This document shows, in pieces, positions 42,919 to 53,210 of a DNA stretch of 64,000 nucleotides. The position numbers and the translations under genes are program-made. The stretch lies in contig CAWGKG010000008.1 of NCBI GenBank assembly GCA_963823035.1, positions 1 through 64,000 on the forward strand, given 5' to 3'. Position 1 is the stretch's first letter. Every line of letters begins with the position of its first letter. The DNA is from an uncultured Gemmatimonadales bacterium (GTDB taxonomy: Bacteria > Gemmatimonadota > Gemmatimonadetes > Longimicrobiales > Gaopeijiaceae). The notes beneath the pieces are model-generated. The model saw nothing but the letters and a program-made list of their open reading frames with translations. It ran no database searches and was not told the origin of the DNA.

Positions 42919-45468
42919 ACCAGTACGCCACCTTGAGCAGGAAGGTGTTGTCGGGGTGGCGGTCGAGGAGGTCGCGGAAGTCGGTGCGCCAGGAGCGGCG
43001 AGCGATGTCCTCGTCGTACTCCTGGCGTCCGTGCGCCCACACCAGGAAGAGCGTAGAGCCCGGCCGGTACTCCCACCGCACCACCGCGTTCGTGCGGAGC
43101 TGGCTGTAGGAGAACGACGTGGTCGCGTCGTCGGGCGCCGAGAAGGGGGCGAAGCGATCGTCGTAGCGCGCGGCCTCCGGGTCGGCGCCCACCTCGCGCA
43201 CGTCCGAGTAGTTCCCGGAGCTGGTGAAGGGCTCGCCGTAGAACTCGAACGACAGGTCGGGGGTGAGCGTGTAGTTGACGCGCAGGCTCATCGACACGGT
43301 GCGCTGGTCGAGGTGCGCGAAGGTGTAGTGCGTCAGCCCCGCGTCGGTGAAGTTGCCGAACCACTGCGTGTTGTCGCTCGCGCGATAGACGTTGGCGCCG
43401 AGTTGCGCGCTGAGGCGCGTGGACACGCGGAAGTTCAGGTTCGGGCTCAGCGAGCTGTTGGAGCTCCGGCCGCCGTCCCAGAAGCCCGCGTTGACCCAGA
43501 TGCCGGGCACCACGGCGCGTCGGCTGTCCCCGTTGATACCGCCCCACGGGTAGAATCCCACGTCGCGGCGCAGCAGCGGCCCCCCACGGGTGCACCGGTC
43601 GCACAGGGCGCGGCCCAGGTGGTTGAGCGTTCCCCCCAGGTGCACGTTCCAGTTGTTGGGCAGGCCCATGTGCCCGTTGAAGTTCACGCCGGTCTCGATG
43701 TGGTCCCCCGACGTGTTCCAGTGGTGCCACATGTTCCCGTTCACCTGCGCCCACCGGTACACCTTCGTGGGCGACTGGAAGGAGAGGGCGGCCCACGTGC
43801 TCCAGTCGGTGATGTCCGCTCGCCGCAGGTAGCCGAGGTCGTTCACCTCGAAGCCCGCGGACTGGCGGACCAGGCTCGACTCGAAGCGGGTGATGCCGCC
43901 GCCGTGCTTCCCGACCTTGATCTGGGCGGCGTATCCCCCGAGCGAGGTGGCCGTCGAATCCACGGCCGGGCCGTCGCCGGGCTGCTGGTAGTAGTGCACC
44001 GAGCTGCGCTGCGTGCGCGTGAGCACCTCCGGGGAGCCCGCCACGCGTGACGCCGCGAACGAGCCCTCGACCTCGTAGTTCCTGCCACCGAAGCGGTTCC
44101 GGAAGCTGGCCCCGCCCACGTAGGCGCTCCGGTGCAGCCAGGACGCGGACCAGGGGTCGAGGTCGCGGTTCACCGCCGTGAAGATCGCTCCGACGCCCGC
44201 GTTCCCTCCGCGCAGATCCTGCTGGACGCGCAGCACCGCGTAGTTTGTGCGCGGCTCGACCGTCCGCTCTTCGGTACCCTGCGACCTCTCCGGTGAACGC
44301 GTCCAGCACGCCGTAGGAGAGTCCTCCGGCGCTGCGCCCCGTGAGCTTGGCGGCCGCACGGATCGGCGTCGAGGTCGGTGTCCTGGCGTCACCGTACTCG
44401 TCCGCGAGCGATGGGGCCCGGCCGATGCGGCGCGAGTAGAAGAGCCCCTCGTTCGTGCTGCAGTCGACCACGATGTAGCAGTTGAGCGAGAAGGTGTAGA
44501 GCCCGGTACCCTCCACGAAGAAGGGGCGGCGCTCCGGGAAGAAGGTCTCGAAGGCGCCGAGGTTCAGCACGGCGGGGTCGGCCTCCACCTGGCCGAAGTC
44601 GGGGTTCACGGTGGCGTTCAGCGTCACGTTGGGCGTGATCCCGATCTTCAGGTCGGCGCCCATCGTCATCTCGCCGGGGTGGTCGAAGCCGCTGCCGTCC
44701 GGACGGGTCAGGTTCTTGGCCACCGCGTAGGGCGTCATCTCGACGCGATCGGCGGAGCCGAGACCCTCGAGGCCGTCCAGCGTGCCCATCTGCGACATGA
44801 GCCCCGGCGTGGTGCGGCTGTAGGCCGGCCACGCCACGGACTCGGGGAAGCGCTCCACGGTGCGGCGCACGCCGAAGCCCCACGTGTGCGTCTCCGAGTC
44901 GGCGTAGCGGAGCTGCGAGAGCGGGATGCGGAACTCTGCCGTCCACCCTTGCGCGTCCACCCGCGTGGCCACGTCCCACACGCCGTTCCAGGACGAGTCC
45001 TCGTTGGAGTCGTCGCTCACCGCGAAGTCGCGCTTCACGCCGTCCGGGTTCACGTAGAACGCGAAGCCCGTCCGTTGGTCGTGGTAGGAATCGACGTAGA
45101 TGCCGATCTGGTCGGAGGGGCCGCGCACGTCCCTGCGGCTCAGCGCCCGCATGATGCTGTCGGGGTGGGGATCCAGCGCTCGCACGAAGACGTACAGGTC
45201 GTCGTCGTCGTAGGCCACCCGGACCTCCGTGGCGAGCGTGGGCGCCGCGTCCGGCTCGGGATCGTATTGCCGGAAGTCGCGGATCGGGGCCGCGATCCTC
45301 CACACCGCGTCGTCGGCGAGGCCGTCGATGTGCACGTCCGCCGGCGAGCGGGTCGCCGTGGCCGTCCGCGCGGGATCGTTCGCGTACACCGTCGCACCGC
45401 GCAGGCTGCCCCGAAACGCCCTGGGCCGCCAACAACAGGACGCCGACCGCCACCCCCAACCCTCTCAT
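42908..45468 (-). CDS. CBM9-like plus DUF5916 outer-membrane protein (apparent frameshifts near 45400 and 44280)
   Basis: IDGLADDAVW, GWTAEFRIP, NPDFGQVEAD, ERRPFFVEG, terminal FLLKVAYW. Confidence 0.8.
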
Positions 45469-45567
45469 CCCGCCTCTCCCGCTCCAGGCACCAGCACGTC
45501 CGCGTGCACCGCCTTGGATGGGCCGAAGGGCGGAAAGGTTTCAAACGGCCCGGAGAGACGCCGCGCT

Positions 45568-47370
45568 TCACCCCACCGCGCTGGCGAACTGCAACTCGTG
45601 CAGGCGGGCGTAGAGGCCGCCATGCTCGAGGAGCTCCTCGTGCGTGCCCTCCTCACGCAGCTCGCCGTGGTGCAGCACCAGAATCCGATCGGCGTGCTGC
45701 ACGGTCGACAGGCGGTGCGCGATGACCAGCGAGGTGCGGCCTCGCAGGAGCTCGTCCGTGGCTTGCTCGATCTTCTCCTCGATCTCGGAGTCGACCGAGC
45801 TGGTGGCCTCGTCGAGGATGAGGATCTCGGGGTCGAAGGCGAGCGCGCGGGCGAAGCTGACGAGCTGGCGTTCGCCGACCGAAAGGGTGGAGCCGCGCTC
45901 GCCGAGCGTCTGAGCGTAGCCGCCTTCCAGGCGCTCGATGAAGGGGGCCGCGCCCAGGCGCTCCGCGGCCGCGCGGACGCTCGCCTCGTCGATGTCCGGC
46001 GAGCCGAGGCGGATGTTGTACGCCACGTCCTGGCTGAAGAGGAAGACGTCCTGCAGCACCAGGCCGATGCGGGCGCGCAGGTCTCCCAGGCGCAGGCGGT
46101 CGATCGGGACGCCGTCCAGGAGGATCTGCCCGCGGGTCACGTCGTAGAAGCGCATGAGCAGGTTGATGATCGTCGTCTTCCCGGCGCCCGTGTGGCCGAC
46201 GATGGCCATCTTCTCGCCCGGCGCCGCGCGGAAGCTCACGCCCTTCAGCACCCAGTCCGGCTCACCGTCGTCACGCTCGCCGTACGCGAACCAGACGTCG
46301 CGGAACTCGATGTCGCCGCGCACCGGGTCGGCCAGCGTCTCGGGCTCGGGCGGGTCCACGATGTCGATGTCGCGGTCCAGGAGCTTGAACACGCGCTCGG
46401 AGGAGGCCATCGCCCCCTGGAGGAGGTTGTATTTCTCCGACAGGTCCTGGATGGGCCGGAAGAAGCGGCGCGCGTACTGCAGGAAAGCGGCGACCACGCC
46501 GACGGTGACCCCGCCCGCGATGATCTGCACGCCCCCGTACCAGAGGATGAGCGCGAGGGCGATGGCGGTGAAGAGCTCGATGACCGGGAAGAAGAGCGCG
46601 TAGTAGGTGATCGAGCGGAGGTGCGCCTCGAGGTAGTGCGCGTTCAGATCGCGGTGGCGGCGAGCGTCCGCCTCCTCGCGGTTGAAGAGCTGCACCACGC
46701 GGATGCCGGTGAAGCGCTCGTGCAGGAAGGCGTTGAGGCGCGCGAGGCGAACACGGATGTCGCGGTACGCGTCGCGGATCCTCGCGCGGAAGACGAACGC
46801 CGCGATGAACACGAGCGGCAGCACGCTGAAGGCGACCAGCGCCAGCCTCCAGTCCATGCGCAGCATCGCCACGACGATGAACACCAACGTGAAGACGTCT
46901 CCGAACACCGAAACCACGCCCGAGCTGAACAGCTCGTTCAGCGTCTCGACGTCGTTGGTGATGCGGGTCATGAGGCGCCCGACCGGATTCCGGTCGAAGA
47001 AGCGCAGGTCCAGGCGCTGGAAGCGCTCGAAGATCTCCGTGCGCAGGTCGTACATCACGCCCTGGCCCAGCCACGTGGTCAGGATCCCCTGCCCGTACTG
47101 GAGGACGGCGCCCAGCATGACCGCGCCCATGTACGCCGCGGCGAGCTTGGCCAGCAGGGCGTAGTCCTTGGCCGGGAACGCGCGGTCGATGGCGATCTGC
47201 GTGAGCCACGGACCGACCACTTCCATGGCGGAGCCGAGCATGAGGAGCGCGACGGCCGCGACCACAGGCAGCTTGTACGGCCGCAGGTAGCGCAGCAGGC
47301 GACGCATGAGGCGTGCGTCGTACGCCTTTCCCAGAGCCTCTTCTTCTACGTGGATGCCGGCTTCGGCCAT
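45568..47370 (-). CDS. ABC exporter, fused permease/ATPase
   Basis: TM domain, GHTGAGKT, LSVGERQ, ILDEATS. Confidence 0.93.
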   Translation of the reverse strand: MAEAGIHVEEEALGKAYDARLMRRLLRYLRPYKLPVVAAVALLMLGSAMEVVGPWLTQIAIDRAFPAKDYALLAKLAAAYMGAVMLGAVLQYGQGILTTWLGQGVMYDLRTEIFERFQRLDLRFFDRNPVGRLMTRITNDVETLNELFSSGVVSVFGDVFTLVFIVVAMLRMDWRLALVAFSVLPLVFIAAFVFRARIRDAYRDIRVRLARLNAFLHERFTGIRVVQLFNREEADARRHRDLNAHYLEAHLRSITYYALFFPVIELFTAIALALILWYGGVQIIAGGVTVGVVAAFLQYARRFFRPIQDLSEKYNLLQGAMASSERVFKLLDRDIDIVDPPEPETLADPVRGDIEFRDVWFAYGERDDGEPDWVLKGVSFRAAPGEKMAIVGHTGAGKTTIINLLMRFYDVTRGQILLDGVPIDRLRLGDLRARIGLVLQDVFLFSQDVAYNIRLGSPDIDEASVRAAAERLGAAPFIERLEGGYAQTLGERGSTLSVGERQLVSFARALAFDPEILILDEATSSVDSEIEEKIEQATDELLRGRTSLVIAHRLSTVQHADRILVLHHGELREEGTHEELLEHGGLYARLHELQFASAVG

Positions 47371-47506
47371 GGATACGGAGCGTGCGGTGGCGTGTCGCGA
47401 AGGGCGCCCGCTCGGGGCGGCCGGAACCGTACCCTCCGCGGAGGAGGGCCGTTCCGCCGGCGCCGCTCAGCGCGGAAGGGCTCGCCCGAACGGGTCCGTC
47501 GCCCGG

Positions 47507-48340
47507 TCAGCGCCCCGGTCCGTCGCCCGTTGTGGGGATGCCGCGCTTCACCCGCTGGGCACGCGCGTGCATCACGGAATCGAGCGGCGTGCGTACCGGG
47601 CGCGCGAGGGCGGTGTCGATCTGGGCGCGCGCCTCGGCCCACCGCCCGAGCCCGTCCAGCACCTCCGCGTAGCGCGAGCGGTAGAGGACGTCGTCCGGCG
47701 CAAGCTCCACTGCACGCCCGAGATGCAGGCGCGCGTCGTCCCAACTCGCCTTCTTCACCCAGTCGCCCCCGACCAGCATCCGCGCCCAGAAGCGCGCGAA
47801 GCCGTTCATCGTCACGATCTCGTTGTGCAGCACGCCGAGCGCGTGGTGGGCCATGGCGTCGTCGGGGCGTTCAGCGAGGATGAGGTGGGAGAGGTCCCAT
47901 ACCTGGCGGCCGGCGTGCGCCGACTCCCGCGGACCGGTCTGCAGGGCGAGGTTGCCCCACGCCGCCAGCGCCCAGTCGAGCGCATCGGGGTCGTCCGGCC
48001 GCAGCGCGCGCGCCGAATCCGACGCCGACGCCGCGCGGCGGAACCAAGCGTTGCGCTCCTCACGGTCGACGGCGAGCAGCCCCATGACCACCTCGCCGCG
48101 CACGGCGCGCCACCTGGCGTCGAAGTTGCCGGGCATCTCGGCTCGGACGGCCTGGAGGAGGTCCAGGGACGCACGCGCGTCCCCCGTTTGGAGGAGCGCG
48201 TCGGCGCGCCCGATCGGCGAGGCGATGGGCGCCGGACCCGCCGCGGGCACGGGCCGTTCCTGGGCGCGCGCCGCGGGCGCGACGACGACGCCGGCCAGAA
48301 CGAGCGACAGGAAGAGCGAGCGGCGGCGGATCATGGACAT
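47507..48340 (-). CDS. secreted TPR-like helical protein
   Basis: Signal peptide and Ala-rich helical repeats (ARALRPDDPDA, AVELAPDD). Confidence 0.65.
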   Translation of the reverse strand: MSMIRRRSLFLSLVLAGVVVAPAARAQERPVPAAGPAPIASPIGRADALLQTGDARASLDLLQAVRAEMPGNFDARWRAVRGEVVMGLLAVDREERNAWFRRAASASDSARALRPDDPDALDWALAAWGNLALQTGPRESAHAGRQVWDLSHLILAERPDDAMAHHALGVLHNEIVTMNGFARFWARMLVGGDWVKKASWDDARLHLGRAVELAPDDVLYRSRYAEVLDGLGRWAEARAQIDTALARPVRTPLDSVMHARAQRVKRGIPTTGDGPGR

Positions 48341-48390
48341 CCGCTATACTGACGAGCGAGCCCGAAGATCCACGACCTGCTCGAGGCGGG

Positions 48391-50250
48391 ATGAAGGAAG
48401 GGAAGGGGACCGACACGGCTGCGGTGCGCCGGGTCCTGCGGCGCTACTGGAGCGTGGCGGGCGCCCGACCGTGGCACCTCGCGCTGCCGCTTCTCCTGAT
48501 CCTGCTCATCGGCGTGGTCGAGGGGGCCTCCTTCGGCATGCTGCTGCCGCTCTCGCAGGCGATGGCCGACGACAGCTTCGCCTTCCTCCACGACTCGCGG
48601 GTGTTCGGCTGGATCGAGCGGCTCGTGCCGGCCGCCCTGACCGACTCGCCCGACCGCGACGCCTACCTCACCCTCGTCATCATCGGGCTGATCGTGGGCG
48701 GCCGGGTGGTGAAGATCTTCCTGGAATACGCGCGCAAGGTGTTCCAGGACCTGCGCAACCAGCGCTACCAGGCCGCCGTGAAGCAGGAGACGTTCGGGCG
48801 GGTGCTGCGCTTCGGCCGCCAGTACTTCGACAGGCAGGCGCTGGGCAAGATCGACACCGAGATCGGCTGGTCCACCGCGGTGGTCGGGCTCCTGGTGGCC
48901 GCCGAGGGCGTGGTGCTGAACGCGACCCGCCTGGCCGTGAAGGCGGGGCTGATGCTGGCCCTGTCCGTACCGCTCTTCCTCGCGATCGCCGTGGTCTTCC
49001 CGGTCGTGCAGCTCATCATCCGCCAGATCTCCAGGATGGCGGTGCGTGTATCCCGCGAGGCGGCCGGAGTCGAGCGGCGGATGCACGCCGAGGTGCTCGA
49101 CCTCCTCGCCACGATCCCGCTGGTGAAGGCCTTCTCGCTGGAGGAGCGCGCCACCTCCTCCTACGGCGAGATCGTGAAGGAAGCGCGCGACATCGAGGTC
49201 CGGCGCCGGCGCCTCTACAACCTGGCCTATCCGGTCGAGGAGACCGTGATCCTCGTGGCGATCCTGCTCGTGCAGGGGCTGACGCTCTGGTGGACGCACG
49301 ACTTCACTCCGGGCGACCTCGCGCGCTTCGGAGCCTTCCTCCTGCTCGTGCAGCAGAGCCTGCCCGACTACAAGGCGATCAGCCAGCTCCGCCTGACCTT
49401 CACCGAGCAGGTCCCGCAGCTCGAGGCGCTGGCAGGGCTCTTCGACGATGACGGCAAGTACATCGTCCCGTCGGGGCCCCGCTCCTTCGAGGGGCTGCGG
49501 AGCGGGATCACGCTGCGCGGCCTCACCTTCGGGTACCACCCCGACCTCCCCGTACTGCGCGACGTGAGCGCGCGCTTCCCGGCCGGGTCGATCACCGCGC
49601 TCGTCGGGGAGAGCGGCGCCGGAAAGTCCTCCATCGTCGACCTGGTGGCGCGTTTCTACGACTGCCCGCCCGGGACGCTCTTCTTCGACGACGTGGACGC
49701 GCGCGAGCTCTCCCTCCCGTCGCTGCACGCGAAGCTCGCGATGGTGAGCCAGGAAGTCTGGCTGTTGAACCGGTCGCTGCGCGCCAACCTCACCTTCGGC
49801 CTCGACCCGAGGCCCTCCGACGCCGAGTTGGTCGATGCGCTTCGCGAGGTCGAGCTGGGATCCCTCCTCGACACGCTGGAGCGCGGGCTCGACACGGAGG
49901 TCGGCGACCGGGGCGTCCAGCTCTCCGGCGGGCAGAAGCAGCGGCTCGCGCTCGCCCGGGCGCTGCTGCGCGATCCCGAGATCCTGGTGCTCGACGAAGC
50001 CACCTCCGCGCTGGACAGCGCGGTCGAGCACCAACTCGAAGAGGTGATCGAGCGGCGTACGCGCGGGCGCACGCTCATCGTGATCGCGCACCGCCTGTCC
50101 ACGGTCCGCAGCGCGGACCAGATCCTCGTGCTGCGGCACGGTCGGATCGTCGAGCGGGGGACCTGGGACGACCTGCTCGCGCAGGGCGGCGAGTTCGCGC
50201 GGCTTCACCGCGCCCAGTTCGGGGTACCGGTCGCGGCCCAGGAAGGCTGA
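48391..50250 (+). CDS. ABC exporter, fused permease/ATPase (possible glycan/glycolipid flippase)
   Basis: GESGAGKS, LSGGQKQ, VLDEATS; adjacent to glycosyltransferases. Confidence 0.9.
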   Translation: MKEGKGTDTAAVRRVLRRYWSVAGARPWHLALPLLLILLIGVVEGASFGMLLPLSQAMADDSFAFLHDSRVFGWIERLVPAALTDSPDRDAYLTLVIIGLIVGGRVVKIFLEYARKVFQDLRNQRYQAAVKQETFGRVLRFGRQYFDRQALGKIDTEIGWSTAVVGLLVAAEGVVLNATRLAVKAGLMLALSVPLFLAIAVVFPVVQLIIRQISRMAVRVSREAAGVERRMHAEVLDLLATIPLVKAFSLEERATSSYGEIVKEARDIEVRRRRLYNLAYPVEETVILVAILLVQGLTLWWTHDFTPGDLARFGAFLLLVQQSLPDYKAISQLRLTFTEQVPQLEALAGLFDDDGKYIVPSGPRSFEGLRSGITLRGLTFGYHPDLPVLRDVSARFPAGSITALVGESGAGKSSIVDLVARFYDCPPGTLFFDDVDARELSLPSLHAKLAMVSQEVWLLNRSLRANLTFGLDPRPSDAELVDALREVELGSLLDTLERGLDTEVGDRGVQLSGGQKQRLALARALLRDPEILVLDEATSALDSAVEHQLEEVIERRTRGRTLIVIAHRLSTVRSADQILVLRHGRIVERGTWDDLLAQGGEFARLHRAQFGVPVAAQEG

Positions 50251-50256
50251 CCGAGG

Positions 50257-51174
50257 CTACGCCTCGCGCTTCCGCCGGAGCCCGAGCATGCGGGCGATGG
50301 GGAGGAGCGGCTGGACCAGCCGGCCCAGGCGGCGCATCCGCCCCACGCGACGCTGCTCGATTCGCCAATGCGGCGCGGACGAGCCCGGCACAGCGGCCGC
50401 GCGGCGGCGGCGGTCCGCCCGCGCGACCAGCTCCTCGAACAGCTCCGCGGGGAGCGGCGCGAGGTAGTGGAGGACCGGTTTCCCTGGACGGTCGAGGTCG
50501 ATCTCCGGGAGCTCGGCAGGCCAGAACATGGGCCCGGGGGACGGGAAGAGGGAGAGGCCGCGCCGGCCGCCCACCACCCCGAAGGCCAGCTCGTCCCCCA
50601 GGAAGCCACCACGAAGCGTCGGGAGGATCTCGTCGCGGTGGCAGGCGAGACAGTCGTCCATGATGGCCAGCGCCGGCTCGCGTCGGAAGTAGAGCACGCC
50701 GCTGTTCGACTTCAGGTACCAGGGGAGGTCGAAGCGGGCGACGAGGTCGCGCGTCGGGAAGCCGTGGTGGATCACGTCGTCGTCGGGCCCGAGCCGCTCG
50801 CCCACGAGCGCGAAGTCGACGTCGCCCAGCGCGTTCCAGAATCGATCCAGCGGTCCGAGCACGAAGCAATCCGCGTCGATGAAGATCGCGCGGTCCCAGG
50901 GGGTCGCTTCCGGCACGCCGTACTTGCGGGCCCGTCCCTCGCGGAAGCGCTCCGGGAGGAGACACACCTCCGCGAAGACCCCTGCGTAGCGGTCCCGCGC
51001 GCGGCGCGCGAGGGTCGGGTCGGCCACCAGGGCGAAGGGAAGCGCCGTGTGCTCGCGCGCGGAGAGCGCGAGGTCGACAGCCATCTCGAGGTAGCGCGCG
51101 TCACCCGCCGCGAGGGTGACCAGGCCGCTCGTGTCGCCGGGGGCGTCCGAACGGGAAGGGTGCGGACCGCTCAC
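50257..51174 (-). CDS. GT-A fold glycosyltransferase-like protein
   Basis: YLEMAVDLALS, IFIDADC (DxD), NSGVLYF, GDE; GTGA-coupled to the GT2 gene. Confidence 0.7.
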   Translation of the reverse strand: MSGPHPSRSDAPGDTSGLVTLAAGDARYLEMAVDLALSAREHTALPFALVADPTLARRARDRYAGVFAEVCLLPERFREGRARKYGVPEATPWDRAIFIDADCFVLGPLDRFWNALGDVDFALVGERLGPDDDVIHHGFPTRDLVARFDLPWYLKSNSGVLYFRREPALAIMDDCLACHRDEILPTLRGGFLGDELAFGVVGGRRGLSLFPSPGPMFWPAELPEIDLDRPGKPVLHYLAPLPAELFEELVARADRRRRAAAVPGSSAPHWRIEQRRVGRMRRLGRLVQPLLPIARMLGLRRKREA

Positions 51175-52661
51175 GCGGGCTGTGGGACGACCTGGAGCTG
51201 GACCACGAGGCCCAGGCAGGTGGCCCAGAAGACGAGCGGGAGGGACCAGGCCGCCTGACCGCGCGCGGCGAGCATCGCGGTGCCGGCGAGCGCGTACGCG
51301 ATCACCAGGAGCTCGATGAAGAACGTCCAGTCCAGCGGCAGCGCGTAGGGTCGCTCCGCGCCCATGGCGCGCAGCGCCGCGTCCCGGCAGGGCCGTGCAC
51401 CCTTGGGGGTGCGCGCGAAGCCCCCGCGCGTCGAGACGAGCCCAAGGATCTGCCCGACCGTGTTGTTCACCATCAGGCCGATGCCGACGCACAGCCCCGC
51501 GAGCAGCCGGGCGACGAAGCCGAGGGACCAGGGGTCGCCCCGCTCGCGCTGGGTGATCACGAAGCTGAGGGGTGCGACCGCCAGCACCACGGTCATGATC
51601 GCCTGCGAGGCGAGGAAGAAGCCGCGGTCGACGTAGAGCACGGCCCACGGCCACAGGAGGAGGTTGGCGAGGAGGATGGGGTGGATCGCGTACCCCGCGA
51701 GGAGGAACGCCTCCTCCCAGCGGTCACGGAGCAGGCCGTGCGAGCCGAGCACGCGCCGGGTCAGCTTGCGGAAGCACTGCGCGTTGCCGCGGGCCCACCG
51801 GAGCTGCTGGACCTTGAATGCGCGCATGTGGCTGGGCAGCTCGCTCTCGACGGCTACGTCCTGCAGGTAGCGGGCCTTCCACCCGCGCAACGCGCACCGA
51901 TAGCTGAGGTCGAGATCCTCGGTGAGCGTGTCGGCGGACCAGCCCCCGGAGTCCTCGATGGCCGCTCGTCTCCAGACGCCCCCGGAGCCGTTGAAGGTCG
52001 TGACGTGCCCCATGAAGGCACGGGTCGGCTTCTGGACGAAGAAGTGACGGTCCAGGAGCAGCGCCAGAGCCGACCCCAGGATGCCCTCGCGTGGTGGGTC
52101 GAACGCCCACCGGGTCTGAACGAACGCCACCCGCGGATCCTCGAAGACCCGCTCCTCGAGAAGGACGCGGGAGAGAAAGCCCGGGTCGGGTGCGAAGTCG
52201 GCGTCGAACACCGCCAGGAATTCCGCCTCGGTTCGCTGAAGCCCGCCTGCCAGCGCGCCCGCCTTGAACCCGCGCCGGTTGTCACGGTGGATGTGCTCGA
52301 TGCGGACGCCCGTCTCCCGCACGCATCCGGCGATGCGCGCCGCAATCGCCCTCGTCTCGTCCGTGGAGTCGTCGAGCACCTGCACGTCGAAGCGGTCCGG
52401 CGGATAGTCCTGCGCCGCGGCCGCGCGGATGATGCGCTCCGCGGCGGTGCGCTCGTTGTAGATGGGGATCTGGATCGTGACCCTGGGCGGTGGGCTCCCG
52501 GCGCCGCCGCTCCCGACAGCGCGTGTCGTGCGCACGCGGCCCAACTCCCGGATCGCCACCCTGTGCCGCAGGAAGCGCCACAGCAGCCGTAGCTCGATCG
52601 ACGCGAAGGCCGCGCCGGAGCCCACGGCGATGACGTAGAGCGCGGAGATGAGCAGCGACAT
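51171..52661 (-). CDS. GT2 cellulose-synthase-like membrane glycosyltransferase
   Basis: VTIQIPIYNE, DDSTD, FKAGAL, FDADF, TEDLD, QQLRW. Confidence 0.9.
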   Translation of the reverse strand: MSLLISALYVIAVGSGAAFASIELRLLWRFLRHRVAIRELGRVRTTRAVGSGGAGSPPPRVTIQIPIYNERTAAERIIRAAAAQDYPPDRFDVQVLDDSTDETRAIAARIAGCVRETGVRIEHIHRDNRRGFKAGALAGGLQRTEAEFLAVFDADFAPDPGFLSRVLLEERVFEDPRVAFVQTRWAFDPPREGILGSALALLLDRHFFVQKPTRAFMGHVTTFNGSGGVWRRAAIEDSGGWSADTLTEDLDLSYRCALRGWKARYLQDVAVESELPSHMRAFKVQQLRWARGNAQCFRKLTRRVLGSHGLLRDRWEEAFLLAGYAIHPILLANLLLWPWAVLYVDRGFFLASQAIMTVVLAVAPLSFVITQRERGDPWSLGFVARLLAGLCVGIGLMVNNTVGQILGLVSTRGGFARTPKGARPCRDAALRAMGAERPYALPLDWTFFIELLVIAYALAGTAMLAARGQAAWSLPLVFWATCLGLVVQLQVVPQPA

Positions 52662-52880
52662 GCGGAACGAGATGGCGTCGGCGAAGGTGGCGATCACGAG
52701 CGTGCAGGCGCCGCGCGGGGGCCAGGCTACAGCGGCGCCGCAAGGTATGGAAGAGTCGTGCCAATCGCGACTCGTCGGCGTCTCCCTGCTGTTGCGCGCT
52801 CGTGGCGCGATGAAACTATTCTCGCATACTATGCCGTAGTAGTTTGTCGAATCCCCATCCTCCGTGCCGCCGAGGCCGCC

Positions 52881-53210
52881 GTGAAGCCGCACTGGTTCTA
52901 CATCCTTCTCTCCGTCTCGTCCGCGCCTCGCTACGGGAGCGCGATCCAGGACGACGTGCGCTCCCTCAGCCAAGGCGCGGTGCGGCTCTGGCCGGCCACC
53001 CTCTACGGATCGCTGGAGGAGCTCGCGGCCTGCGGATGGCTCGTCGAGATGGAGGCCGATGAGCGGCCGGAGGGGATCGCGGGCCGGGAGCGCTTCTATC
53101 GCCTGACGGCGGCCGGCCGGGAGGCGCTGAAGGCCGAGGTCGAACGCATGGAAGGGCTCGCGGGGGTCGCCCGTGCGCGACTCGGGCGTCGCTCGGAGGC
53201 GGGGGCGTGA
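52881..53210 (+). CDS. PadR-family regulator (start uncertain)
   Basis: [31 protein letters not shown]; palindrome TACTATGCCGTAGTA at 52827-52841. Confidence 0.85.
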   Translation: MKPHWFYILLSVSSAPRYGSAIQDDVRSLSQGAVRLWPATLYGSLEELAACGWLVEMEADERPEGIAGRERFYRLTAAGREALKAEVERMEGLAGVARARLGRRSEAGA

